Shown piece by piece: positions 12,181 through 25,889 of a stretch of DNA of 64,000 nt. The position numbers were made by a program, and so were the translations under genes. Within the stretch, counting starts at the first letter, position 1, and every line of letters starts with the position of its first letter. The stretch covers positions 729,318,586 through 729,382,585 of the forward strand of contig NC_058130.1 in assembly GCF_016433145.1 (NCBI RefSeq). Direction: 5' to 3'. Below the pieces are notes generated by a model. It did no database searches, was not told the DNA's origin, and was given only the letters and a program-made list of their open reading frames with translations. The stretch comes from Gracilinanus agilis (Eukaryota).

Positions 12181-15100
12181 CCTGGATGGTCTCCATGGAC
12201 CCTCGAAATAAGTCTAATAACTCTCTTGGGGTTCTGTCAAAGTCGTGGCTTCCCTTCCTGGACCTCAGTTTCTTCATCTGTAAAAGAAGGTTGGGTTAGA
12301 GGACTCCCAAAGCCAATCTTGCCCCAAATCCTTGGGATGGCCTAAGGAAAGCTACTTTTTCCTTGGAGCCTGCTCCGTTGCCCCAACTGTAAAATTAAGA
12401 AGGTTGGACAAGAGGCTAATTTTTATTTCTGGGTCCTTCCAGCTCGTAAGTCCTATGGTCCTCTTAAATCGTTTCACTGTCCTGTGCCTTAGTTTCCTCA
12501 TCTGTAAAATAAGGGAGTTTAAGTACTAGATCCTGCTCTGATGTATTCAATAGGTTCCCTTCTCTGGGATACAGGGTCCTCTGTCAAATGAGGTATTTTC
12601 CAGTTCACTGAGTCAGGGGTTTGTTTGAGGATTGTTTGAGTCCGATGATTTTAGAAGGGGACTCCCAAGAGTGGTCTTTACTCCCTTCCCCATGAAGATG
12701 ACTGTTAGGGAAGGGGAAAACCACCTAGCCTTTGAGAGCAGCCTCAAGTGGTCTCTCATTGAGAGTTTGTTGGGGACTTAGGTGAAGATTGTTCCTTTTG
12801 GGGGTTTTCTGTGGCTTCCTCCTTTCTGGTATTTTAAATTGTGAAACACCAGAAAATTTAACCAGGGACTCGAGCATGAACTTTGGATTTTCTTGGTTAT
12901 TGGCTTTATTTAAAAATACTTAAATATATGACATATATGTTGCCTTTTTAAAGTTTAAAGTGCTTAAAATTTTTTTTTAAATAAAAGCCCCTATGAGTTT
13001 GGCTCTTGAGTTGAAACAGCTTTCATATTTGCGGTGAGATTTCTGATAAAAGGGCATTCATCCAGTGTATGTCCTAATAGTGAGAGCATTGTAAACAAGA
13101 GAGTAAATATTCCATATGATAATATAGGGCAAGACTTTTTTTTTTTTGAGGGAAGTGGTACTAATTCCATTCTCCTCAGGAAATCCCTATGCCAGAAATT
13201 CCCATGCTGGAAATCCCCATTGGGTTGGCATATTAAGAAGCATCTTGGTGTTTTTTCTCCCTTAGAAAAATGATTCTAAATGTATTTATGGTGACCCTAA
13301 TTTTCTGAATTTTGTGAAGTCACTTTCAACTTCCTTAGTGATTCAGATTGACTATTTTTTTTTTTTGCTACTTTGCTAAAGGGAGCCAGCTTTTAAAAAA
13401 AACTTGAAACTGCCAGGTTTTTATAGAATTCATATAAATTGGTCACCTGATTTATAGAGGCTCAAGAGATCAAATCTTAAGTTTTACTTCCAGCTTTGAC
13501 ATTGAAAAAGTGCCTCATGGGGAGAGGGAAAGAACATGAAACATGTAACTATAGGAAAATATTCAAAATTAAAATTAAAATTAAAAAAAAAAAGAAAACG
13601 TGCCCCAGTTTATCATTTTATTAAAGTAGGAATGATATTCAGTGGGAACTTTTTCTGAGACAAGTATTTTAAGCTATATGTTTTGGGTACCTTGACAGAT
13701 TGCAGAAATGCTAATTAAGTACATGGATATTTTTAGAGGAAGATTTTTTTTTTACATTTTAAAAATAGATTTTTATTGAACTTTTGTTTATATATCGAGT
13801 AGATTTCACTCTTATTCTCGAAGAACCATCAAAGATAACAAAACTTTTGAAAAGAGAAAAAAATTCAGCAAAACCATTTAATACATTAAAAAATCTGGCA
13901 TATAGCACAGTATTCCCCTCCTCTTTTTTCCTCTCCCCCCACCTCAGCAATATTTCTTCTTTGAGGCCAAGCTTGTTCTTTATACTTTTGCAAGATTTTT
14001 TTGTGGTTATTGTTCTTCCAAACATTATTGAAGTCTTTGGGGTATGTTATTTTCCTTGCTCCACTTGACTTTGCTTCAGTTTTTGCTTCTATGCTTCTCT
14101 AAATTCATATTTGTCATTTCTTAGAGAAGAGATGGTTTTCTAAACAATTTTAGTGGCATTTTCTTATATAACATTGGTCAGTAAATTATTTCCTGAACTT
14201 TATTCTTTTTAAAATTTTAGCAATAGATAACTTTGCAAGGACATTTTTTTCCATTTTAATATTTTTTCCTAAGTAGAGAATTAAAGAAACTCCGAACACA
14301 TCTGAATTTAAAGTTGTTTTAACTTGTACACATTTATCTATTTGTGTATATATACACATGCAGATATATTTTCCTCTTGGAACCTTAAAATCTTCAATTA
14401 TGTGTGTATGACTCTTCCTGTTTTCCTGGAATTTAGAAATTCAATTACTAAACCAGACAAAAGGTGAATCAGCCAGGCGACTGATGGGTGGGAAGAACTA
14501 GAAGTTTTGTCTTTAAAGGCAATCTTCACTGATAGTTCCCCAAAGTATTCTAGCCTCACTTGAGGAGCTAAATAAGAATCTCTCTGATATTTAATTTTCT
14601 GATTTTTTGAGTACTAGACACCTTTTTGTGATTTATTTATGACTAAGTACTGATTTCATCCTGCTTTATTTGAGAGATTTTCCTTGAATATTTAGAAGTA
14701 AGTAATCTTTCTATTTTAGATTGGCTTCAGATCTATTTTTGTCAAAAGTAGTTTTGATCCCTTCCTTTTGGAGTTAAAAAGTCCATTCCAGAATTATTGA
14801 CAAGATTAGAACTAAAAGCCTTCAGTAACATTTGATGCATATGAGATTGCCTCTGGCCTGGCTTATTAGGCCATATTGAGGCTAAAATAGTTTTAAGATA
14901 ATCTCATATCAGTTGTCCACTTACTAATTTGCCAATTGAAAGTGTCTAATTACTATCATCTTTTAGACTAGAAGGGAAAAGAGATTTATCTTTGGATGGA
15001 TGTATTAGGGCAAAGGATCAGATGTTAGGAAGCTTGAACTTGATTTTTGTCTGTAAAAACAACTTCTGTGACCTTGGGTAAATCTCTCCGTGATTCCACA

Positions 15101-15985
15101 ATTTTTCTACTTTAATAGTGGTATAAGACAGATAATAATAGAGGTGGCTAGGTATCATGGTGAGTAGATCGCAAGGCCTATGGTCAAGAAGACCTGAGTT
15201 TAAATCCAGTCTCAGACACTACTAAAATATGTGAGCCTGGGCAAGTCAGGCAAACTGTTTGCTTCAACCTACCTCCAAAGGTGTTCATAAGAATCAAATG
15301 AGATAATATTTGTAAAGTGCCTGGCACATAGTAGGCATTATATTATTATTATAATCTATGACCCCATGGAAAGATTTATTTTACATGTACTTTGGTTCTT
15401 TTTCCTTCCCTACGTTCTTGCTTGTATATGCTTGATAGTTTTAAAGGATTTAAATTAATCTTGAAAATTGCATTACCGCTATGATAAAAAATTTTTTTGA
15501 GCATGCACCCTCCAATATATGAGTACTCTCTTAAAATTGTATATGTGCATTGGGGCGTGACTACTTCTGTCCCACCCAAACAAAAAAAGTGGACAGGGTG
15601 TACATGAAGCTTTTACTCTTGTACTCTTTCTGGGAGAAAAGTCTACTTACAGTCAGGAGGTATGAATTTTCCCAGTGGCACCTACATTGCTGTTGCTATG
15701 AGTACCCCCTAGCAGTTAGACTTTTCTGAGGGACTTGATAAGACTGGTGGAGTGTTGAGATCAAAGAGAATAGGGATAGTTTTGTTGGAGACTAGTGCTA
15801 TGATTGACTATTGCAGGAAGGGTGGGATTTAAACTTTTTCTATTACCCTCCCACCCCACTACTGAATTGTAAATCTATAGAAAAGATGATTAAATTGAGA
15901 ACTGGAATGAATAGCTTTTGACTTGCTAAACTTTTTGGTATCTTAACCTCGGATAGTGTTTTGTGATTTATTCTGATTTGACTCC

Positions 15986-16154
15986 GAAATATGGAGATTT
16001 GGGGGCAGTTAGGTGGCTCAGGGGAGTGAGAGACAGGCCCAGAGACAGGAGGTCCTGAGTTCAAATCAGTACACAGTATTGATTCTATGACAGAAAATAA
16101 GAGTTTTTTAAAAAAAAAAAAGGAAGAAAAAGAAAAAGAAATATGGAGATTTGG
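15986..16154 (+). mobile_element. Internally deleted SINE with a 17-bp TSD
   Basis: GAAATATGGAGATTTGG at 15986-16002 and 16138-16154. The head joins directly to the 3' segment. Confidence 0.85.
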
Positions 16155-19100
16155 AAAAAAAAAAAGAAGAGCAGTTGTTAAATTTTTTGAATTTTTAAAA
16201 ACTTTTGGTAATTGAGTAAATTTTATTATCTATGTGAGTGACTAATCCAGAGACAAGTATTTCTGTTCATGTTCACCTCCACATACCAACAAATTTGAAT
16301 TCTTCTGGACCCATTGTTCTTGTCCATTGGTCTCTTGTCAGTGTCACAGAATTTCAGAGTTGGAAGGGATCTCAGAGACCAGAGTCCATAACTGAAAAAG
16401 AATGCCTTCCACAGCAGGGTCTTTGCTTGACAGCTTTCTCCGTGAGGAATCCACTGTTGCCCAGTGAACCTTTCCACCACTTAGTGCTCAATGGGTATTC
16501 ATTTTCTTTAGGTTCCATAAAAGCTGAATAATATTTAAAGTAACATAGAGGTTAGTGTTATAATTGTTCGTATGTGGAGTAGAAAAGTTGGTTATTTTAA
16601 AATTTATTTTTTTTCCTTATTAAGGGAAGTGTATGATTTTTGTTTGTTACTCAAATGTGAAATATATTGTTAAACTTTGAATATCTGTGCAGTTTCTTAT
16701 TCAGTCCTGGAGGTAATTGGGAGTCACTGGAGTTTATTGCCTCTTTGGAGAGGCAAATAAAGAAATTGATAGAATTGACTTTATTGTGGATCCAAAGATA
16801 AGAACAATAGTATTTATGTAGTACCTCATGGTTTAAAAAGCCCTTTGCAAATATCTTCTTTTAATCTCACAATAACTCTGTGAGTTAGAAACTGTTATTA
16901 TCCCCATTTTACAGATGAGGAAACTGAGATACAGAGATGTTTGATGACTTACCATGGATCATTCAACTAGTAAGTGTCTGAGCTTGGATTTGAATTTAGG
17001 ACGTCCTAACTCCCAAGACCAGCAACACTCTACTGTGCCATCAAGCTATCTTCAACAAATATAATTTTAAAAAATTTATTATGAACATAACTAACATGAA
17101 CAGAAAATATAATTTCATGGAATAATCTTTTCATATTGCAGTCCTTGTATTTGCCAAAAAAACTACCATGAAAATATTGCAGGTAATTTATGTACTGTCT
17201 ACTACAGAGCAGGGAGTAGAGGAATCTTGTGAATAACTCAGGTCCTCCAAATTGGATCCACATATATTTTAATAGTGACTTCAGTACAAAGGTGGGAGTA
17301 TCATGAAGGGCAACTATATGTATGGCAGAATTGAAACTGAAATGAACATTTTCATTCTCAGGAAGATTAGATGCAGTCCAAGACAAAGAAGCCCTCTAGG
17401 TAGAGGTGTTCCAGTGCACTCAAATCAAATTAATGCAATATGGAAATGTTTAACAAAATAAATAAAATGCCATGTAGATAAGCATCAGGATTTCTTTTAT
17501 GAGTTTGACCCTGATGCTTCAGGCAATAAGATCCTCCAAATGACTGCAAAACCCCCTAAATGAGATCCATGGTCACTCACTCATTAGTAGATGAAGAATA
17601 TCTTTTGTTTGTACATGTAGCAGGTATGTAGTATGTAATTGGATGTATGACAAACTATAGAACTTATCCATAAGCATATATTTCTTGGACAGATACTGTC
17701 TACAGACTGTAAGTGGAACCTAGAAATAAGCAGAAGGAAGAGAGTGAGCCAGAAAGTTATTTTAATGATGCCAAGATTCTCCCTGAAGCAAAGGCTCATC
17801 TTATTTTTTCCATTTCTTTGCTCTTAAAAGATGAATAATACCATTAATATTTTCATTTCCAGATATATACTCCCTATTATCTTAATGAGCCTTACATTAA
17901 AATAGAAGGAAAACCCCAAAAAACAAAACCAGTGTCTAACACAGGAGGGAAGCAGTGTGGTACAAAGGAAAGCATTCTGAGTCTGAAGTTAGAGAATTTG
18001 AGTTCTAATAGTCTTTGACACTACCTGGATGACCTTGGACAAGTCACTTACTCTTCTTGGGCCTCAGTTTCCTCATTTCTAAAATGAAGGATTTGAACTA
18101 GAGGGCCTCTCAGGTCCTTTGTAGCTCTACCTTTGATAGTCTTAATGTATAGGCTTCACCTCTCAAAAAAAAAGGATAGCATGCATTTCATATTTTCTCT
18201 GGCCAAGATGAGTCATTACAATTTGTTTGGTTGTAGTACTGGTTTAGTTTACATTATTATAGTCTTTGGGAATGCTTTTTCCTGATTTTGCTTACTTTGG
18301 CTCCATCACTTCATACAAGTTTTTGGTGTTTCTTTGACTTCTTCTTTCATCATTTCATACAGTGCAGTAATGTTTCATTATAGCAGTGTTCTCTAATTTG
18401 TGCAGCCATTCCACATTTGATGAGTACTCATTTTTCCTTCAATTTTTTTGCTAACAGAGACCTTTCTTTCCAACTTTGACCTCCTTGGAGTATATGGCCA
18501 ATATTAGCATCTTTGGGTTATAAAGTATCAACAGTTTAATGACTTTTATTGCAATTCCAAATTGTTTATTACAATGATTGACATATAGGCATTGTGACCT
18601 TGGGCAAATCCCATCACCTCTTAGTGTCCTAGGCAACTAGAGTTACTGAGCTAGTGCTGATCTGCATTGATATCATAGTCTAGATCAAACACCCCTCCCC
18701 TCATTCACCAAACATGCCCTTGGCATAAAACATTGGTCAGACCAATTCATAGCTCTGCAGTGTATTCATGTAGAGCACTCTTCTTTTTTAAAACCAATAT
18801 TCTTCCAGTGTTGTGTAGGTGTGAGTTGTAGAACACTACAGGTTCCAAAAATGGAAATGAATCAGTACGTGATTAATGTAAGCAGGCTACGGCACTTAGA
18901 AACAAGGAACTGCATAGTAGAAGTAGTAAAGGGGTTGTCTATCATCAAAGAAATGGATGGGGAGGGGAAAGAAGATTGGGTAAGGCAAAGATGAGGAATG
19001 GCCAATCATTAACTCATGTGTTGCAGTGGTATTCTTGTAATCTCAAGAGAAAGTATGGAAAGTTTCAAAAACTGTATGAAGATCTCCTGTGGCAGAGTTA

Positions 19101-19689
19101 TGGGAGGACAAGAGTAATAGTCATAGGCCAGGCAGGTGATGACCTACCATCTACCTTGGTGGAGGGATTCCTTGAACTGATGAGTTCACCAACCCTTTGG
19201 AGTGAGTAAACAGAAAGCCCATCTGGGAGTTCAATGTTCTCTGTACAAGCATAGGATGCAGGCAGGGCTTGGCAACCATTCGTTTGAGAAGAATCTCAGG
19301 TTGTGGTGGGCTAGCTTAGAAAGATACGGTTTTCCACTATTGGTTACAACCTTATTCTCCAGTTTGTTCTCACAAAAGTCTCATGAAGCTGAAAAGGATC
19401 CCAGAGGTCATCCAACTCAGCAACCACCTAAGCAATGGTTGGTGATCCGGACTTCACAGAAGACCTCTAGGAAAGGAACTATTTCTGAAGGGGTCTTATG
19501 TAGCTCTCATTGTTAAGAAACTTTTCTTAATATCAAACATAAATCTGCCTCTGGGCCCTCTAACTCTATTTTTGTTCTCTTTCTGTCTATCTCTATCTGT
19601 CTGCCTGTCTATCTATCTAACTACCTACCTACCTATTTATGTGTCAAATTCTGTGCTTTTCTCAGTATTTTTCTTCTCCCCAATTTCTG

Positions 19690-20390
19690 GCCTTGCACTA
19701 GGGGAATTCAGTACATGCTAATACTCCTTCAAATACCCTAAACACTTTACCTTCCAGTTCCTCTGCTAACTCATTTCCTATGACCTACTCTTCTATTCCA
19801 CCTTAGCTACATATGGAGATGGTCATACTCTTAAACATAGTCTCTCACTTGCCTTTTCCATCTTCCTATACACACATTTTACATTCTAGTCAGACTAGCC
19901 TTCTTAGCTATCTTTGAATTGAACATTCTATAGGTATTCTCCTACCATGTTCATGAACTCTGAAATTCCTTTAGCTGACCATTATCTGTTGACATTTCAC
20001 CTCTTCTTCACAACCCTGTATCCTGTTCTTCATTTTAATCATTACCTCCATTTCCTAGATCCCTCAATTCTTTCCCAAATTTATCACCCTTGCACTTGCT
20101 AGTCCCTTTTCCTCATTTTAACCCTTTGGTGAACTAGTTCAACTCAACACTGTGCTCATCCTGTCATCACCCTTTCTCTGCAAAGCTCGAGTCTTGGGTT
20201 ACTCCTACCATCTACTGCCTTTACTGATGTGCTATTGAATGAAGCTGGATAAAATCATGAAACCATGCAGAATGGATACACAACAAATTCATGTTACATA
20301 ATCTCAACTGGGCCTTCATGCAGCAAGGCAGTCCTTTTATACTACTCTATCTAGTTACTGTCTCATTCACCATAACAGCACAGAGAGACT
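19690..20390 (+). mobile_element. L2 LINE fragments (others about 22540-22830, 27960-28360, 29500-30200, 30870-31300, 35490-35990, 42770-43280, 53380-54600, 56200-56800)
   Basis: Degenerate L2 RT and 3' motifs (caaactcctt, aatctcaactggg, tttattaagcacctactatgtgc). Confidence 0.6.
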
Positions 20391-23049
20391 AAAGATAAGT
20401 GAGAGATTATCTGCTGGAGAGGACAGGAATGTTCAATAGTTTGATGCATTTCTTTTCTGATTCTTTGAAAAGTGATGTGTAGTCCATATAACATTTATTT
20501 TAATCAGAAAATCCCATTTCCTGACCAAGCTGGTTTACAGAATTCAATGTTATATTGATTGACCTGTAGATTTAGGGGGAAATCACCACTCATATTTTAT
20601 AAATTGTAAAGTAAATAGAAGTTATTACTGTTCTGTTGAAGTACATGGGGATAAGAATCTCAAAAAGTAATGAAGTTAGGAAGGAATAGGAAATTTATAT
20701 TCTTGGGGTAGTACAAAAGTTATGAAAATTATCTCATGCTAAATATCTTACTAGAGTGATTGCTTCAGTAATTAAAAAAATAGCCATCTATGTTAATGTC
20801 TGGCAGAGTTGCAGTTTTAAAATTCTAAAAATTCTAAATCTTAGCGAAAGAAAAATAAAGAAAAATATTTATAAATAAATTCTGTGTTAATCCCAGAAAA
20901 GTAAATTTTTTCAAATAGATTAGATTTTGGTGTACATCTTTTTTTCTTGCCATTCTTTAATTATGCTCTGCTTCTGATAGTGTTTGTTGACAATCTATAG
21001 AACATAATAGCAGCCACTTTGACTTGAGTTTTAGAATTATTTTTAAATCACTTGGAGTGAGGGTTTTACTTTTTCTAAGCCTCTGAGCCCCTCTGTAAAA
21101 TTTTAAAACATAATTGCTAACAGTCTAAAAACTGAAACATTTTACAAGTATCCTCTTATTAACAGGATATGAAATGCATAGCCAACCGGAAGGAAAGGGA
21201 TGAGTGATGGTGTGTATCTCTCTATTTTTGAACCTCAGTTAGGGAGGGGTCAATGTTAGTTTGCTTTGTAAAAACCATAGGAACAATTACTTAAAGCAAA
21301 AGGGGGAAGTTTGGTCAAATTAGTTTTAGTTCAGTTTCTTAGTACTATACATACCATTCAGATCTCAAAGAGTATTTAAATGGCATAAACAGGAAAATGA
21401 GGGTAATAGTTTTATTTATAACTTATTTAACAATTCATTTAGCACTTTACTTTTGCTTGAGAAGATATCTATCCGAATATATTTCATGCCTAGTTCTTAA
21501 TTCATAGTTTGTTCTTTAAGAGCAAGGAAAAAAACACTCTTTGTGGGGTCAGTTTGGAGCAGCAATTTCCTTTTTGAAACCTTTTACTCATTTATCAGTT
21601 GACAATCAGTGAGACTCAGAATAGAATTTTAGAGCCTAAGTGATTAGGCCAAATCCTGGAAATTGAGGAAATTGAGACTTGCAAGGGTAAAGAATTTCCA
21701 CTTTTATTAAATGGCCAACTTGGGATTCAAACCTAGGTCAAATATAATACTATTTTGTTTACTTCATTACTTCTAAGTAGCAGCATCAAAAGCTAACATT
21801 TTCAAATCATTCTCCTCTTTCCCTCCATCATACCCTGCCCTCCCTCACTTCCTATAGCCTTCAAGAAGAGACACCTTCTATAAGGTGGTTGTTTCAAGTC
21901 TGTGGGATGAATAGTTGTTTACTTTTAGAATGCTCTCCTAGGAGTCCAGGAAGTTCTTCAGAAAATTACTTCCACTTAAAAAAAATTCTTCCTCTTTCTA
22001 AGGAGGAACTCCAGCAGAAACTTTGTAAACACTAAACTTTTATTAGTTTTTAAAAAAATAATTTTCAGTGCTCGAAATAAAAGATATCTATAAATATCAA
22101 TAAGTTTCAGATATAGAAGGCAAGGAAAGGTGTTGAGGGAGACTTGCTAACATTTGTATGCAGTGTTGGTAGCAGGATCATATGGTGAAAAGGGAATTGT
22201 CCTGAAAGTAGAGGATTCTAGCCTAGATCTTCGTTTACCTTGTTAAGTCACTTAACTTTTTCTGTTGCCTCATGTTTGCAATAATAGTATCTATTCTTTT
22301 TACTGAGTAGTGCTGAAGAACAAAAAAGAATAACAGAAAAGAGAATGATTAGACATAAAAAGAATTAGACATGCTATTAGCATGGCGTAATTGTGCCTTT
22401 TTAAGTTGTCTTTGAGAATAGCTGACAATTTGGGAGCAGAAAGCATTCTTTTGTCATTTCCTCTTTAAGAGTTTTCTTCCTGATTTTTAGACATTTTAAC
22501 CCAGACATTTCACCTCTGTTTCTTGGCATTTTAAGCTTTCTATAATCTTCTCTCACTTACCTTTCTCAGCTTAGTTCCTATTCTTCACATATTTTACCTT
22601 CAAGTCAAACTGGTCTTCTAGACATCCTTGAATTCAACATTCCATCGCCTGTCTCAGTGCCTTCAAACAGATAATTCCTGATACTGGGAAAATACCTTCA
22701 TATAGTCTCTTCCTTTGTGCCTGCAATGCACTCTTTCTTCACTTCTGCCTCTTGGAATCCTTAGCTTCAGAGCTCAGCTCTTAGGGTCATCTCCTACTAG
22801 AAACCTTTCCTGATCCCATAAGTCCTTAGGAAGAATGGATTTTTCCTCCTCAACTTAACTTATTTGCTTAACTATACATGCTATAATAATTGGTTTTTCT
22901 CTAGCTGAACTTCCAGCTAAAGAAGAGGTACAGAATGCCATCAAGCTCCTCTTGAAATGGCAAAGCACCTGCTGCTGCTTCAGAATGCCTCCATTATCCA
23001 TCTCTATAAAAGAAAAGGCTGTCCTTTTTGAGGGTGTGCTTTTTTCCTT

Positions 23050-23620
23050 CATTATGTTTTATTCTTCTCCAATTTGTTTTATTACATTTTGAATACCAAA
23101 TTCTCCCTCTCTCCTCTCCTCCTTTCCTGACATAGTAAGAAATTTGCTCTTGGTTATATATGTGCTATCATACAAAACATTTAGTCATAAGACACATATT
23201 TTTAAAAAGCCATGAAGAAAATAAAGTGAAACATGGTATGCTTTGTTCTCCATTCAGATTCCATTAGTTCTTCTTTTTGGAGGTAGGTAACATTTTTTGA
23301 CATGAGTCCTTGGAGTTTGTCTTGGATCATTGTGTTCCAGAGAATAGCTAAGTCATTCACAGTTGTTCATTGTACGTCATTGCTTTTACTGTGTCTTATG
23401 TTCTCCAGGTTCTGCTCACTTCACTCTGTCATTTCATATAGGTCTTTCCAGGTTTTTCTGAAATCCTGGTCCTAATTTCTTATAGCACAATAAATAGTAT
23501 TCCTTTATAATAATATACTACAGCTTGTTTGCCTGTTCCCCAATTGATGGGCAACCCCTCAATTTCCATTTTTTTGCAACCACAAAAAGAGCTGCTATGA
23601 GTATTTTTGTAGAATAGGTC
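23050..23620 (-). mobile_element. L1 3' fragment inserted in the RTE
   Basis: Reverse-complement L1 3' UTR/ORF2 end. Confidence 0.75.
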
Positions 23621-25114
23621 CTTTTTGTGACAGTATCCTTGCCACAGCCCTCCTTAATCTTCCGATTAATCTAATGGAAGATAGTCACCTTCCCAGGAGT
23701 CTTTGTGGCTTTAGAAAGGGTCTAGGAACATCATTGTGGTATTTGTTACAATTGTTGTTCCCCTGAAATGCAGGAGCAGAATAGAAATCTGTATACAGTA
23801 TGTGCAGACAAGGCTTGTGAGAGCCTGTGGTAAATCGCGACAAAATTGGGATGCTTGGAGAAATCAGCATTGTGTGCCAATTTCATGATAGCGTGTTCCC
23901 ACAGATTCTAGATAAAGGACAATGCTTTCAGGCTTTCCCAGTTACCAATGGAGTGAAGTAGGTAGGGCTGTGTACTTACTTCTGTGCTCTTCAGCATAGT
24001 GTTTTCCAGTGTTGTCAAACACCTTCAACTTGTGTGAAAACAGCATCAGGATCAACTTCTGCACTGATGTTAAGCTTTTTAATTTGAAAGAGCTACAAGC
24101 CTAGACAAAAGGAGGAGAATTGGTGCCCAACTTTGTGTTAATAGATGATTGTGCACTTAATGCAGCCTCTGAGGCTGATATGCAACAAAGTGTGGATTGA
24201 TTCTCTGCCACCTGGGCTAATTTTGGCCTGAAAATCAACCCCAAGAAAACAGGTTCTCAACCAGCCCCATCACACCATCCGCACATGGAGCTATTTGATC
24301 ACAGTAAATGGAGAAATTTTGAATGCTGTGGATAAGTTCGCTTACCTTGGCAGTAAGCAAACTTATCTCCAGGGCTGTCCACATAGATGCTAAGGTTGAC
24401 ATATGTATTGCTATATCTAGCTTAGCATTTGGGAGTCTCTGAAAGAAAAGATAGGAGAGATATATCAGGCTGCATACTGTTGTATGCCTGTGAAACCTGG
24501 ACAGCCTGTTGGTGCCATGCCAAAAAACTGAACAGCTTCCACTTGAATTATCTCAGGAAGATCCTGAAGATTACCTGGAATGACAAAAATACCTAGAGAC
24601 CAGATTCTGGGGAAAAAATTTACTGATTAGACCAGCATTAACCAATAAATTGATCAGTAGTCTTTCTTGATCAAAGACAAGGAAGCCCTCTTTTGAAGAT
24701 CTATAAATAGACAATTTTGGAAGGTCATAATTCAGCCTCTTTCTTGGATGTCTCAAGATATCTCTAATTGGTGAATAGCTGATGAGGAGGTAATTTCTCT
24801 CTCAACTAATCTCTCAACTCCTTCCTAGATGATGGTGGTTAGTTATGTGCTTACTTCTATACCCCCAATATGGAGAGGAGAAATCTAGTTTGGTCATGAG
24901 TGTCCTTCTCTCATGATTCTTAATGAAAAAATAAAGGACTTGGTTCAGATGCATCTGACCTGAACTGGTTAGTTAAATAGAACTTCCTAATCTCCATCTC
25001 ATCTGCATACGGCAGAAATTTTTCTAGGGCAAAGCCCTTTTCTGAATTCCCTGAGAACAGAGGAATGAGGGCTGAACCTCCATTCAGAGTTTCAAAAATA
25101 GAAATAACCTAGTA

Positions 25115-25329
25115 CAGTGATGGTGAACCTTTTAGAGAAAAAGTACCTAAACTGTATCCTCACTCCACATTTGAACTATCCCCTTACCCCAGACAGAGGA
25201 GGGAGGAAGTGCTCCCATTGGGCTGCTGGGCAGAGGAGTAGGTGATGAGAGAAATGTCCTCAGGCAAGCATGAAGAGGGGGAAGGGAGCATCCTCCTCCA
25301 ACAGGCATGCCATAGTTTCACCAGTACAG
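25115..25329. mobile_element. hAT-superfamily MITE
   Basis: TIR CAGTGATGGTGAACCT (3' TIR 12/16 match). Perfect 8-bp TSD ACCTAGTA at 25107-25114 and 25330-25337. Confidence 0.88.
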
Positions 25330-25889
25330 ACCTAGTATATGAAGAATAAATCTTCTCACTGGCAAGATAAGGTACTGGACACAGGTTCCCTCTAGAGATG
25401 AACTGCCAAATATCCAAACTCTGTTGCAGAAAATGCAGCTCTGATGGGCTGGCCATGTAGTTTAAATGCCAAATGCATGATTACCCAAAAAGACTATTTA
25501 CAGAGAATTTGCACAAGGTAGACTCTCATATTGTAGTCAGAAGAAGCAGTATAGGATACTCTCAAGTTATTTCTTAAGAATTTTAGTATCGACTGAGAGT
25601 CATGGGAAATTCTGGCCACAAGACCATCCAGTATTGCATTCCTAAATCAAAAAAGGTGCTATACTCCATGAACAAAGCAGAATCAAGGAAACATGAGCTG
25701 TGCAAATCTATAGCCACTTACATTCTAAATGTTCTAATGGATGACTTGTGCCTCATCTGTACTAGTGCTTTCCAAACTCATATTGGTCTGATCAGCCAAA
25801 ACCAAACACATCATATCCTGATTCCAACATTGCTATGTCATTAGTCTTTGAAATCAGAGGACGAATAAAGATTAACAGCAAGAGATAAA

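Larger units (their letters stand above)
22905..25870 (+). mobile_element. Fragmented RTE LINE (RT domain and 3' end), interrupted by L1 and a hAT MITE
   Basis: RTE RT motifs: ttcccagttaccaatggagtgaag, gatgattgtgcacttaatgcagcc, gataagttcgcttaccttggcag, ttgtatgcctgtgaaacctggac. 3' end at 25640-25870. Many stops and frameshifts. Confidence 0.85.

Noticed and set aside
17690-17715. Possible 16-nt microexon (ggacag|atactgtctacagact|gtaagt) in intron 1
   Set aside because: Weak pyrimidine tract and no other support. Such matches are expected by chance in 26 kb.
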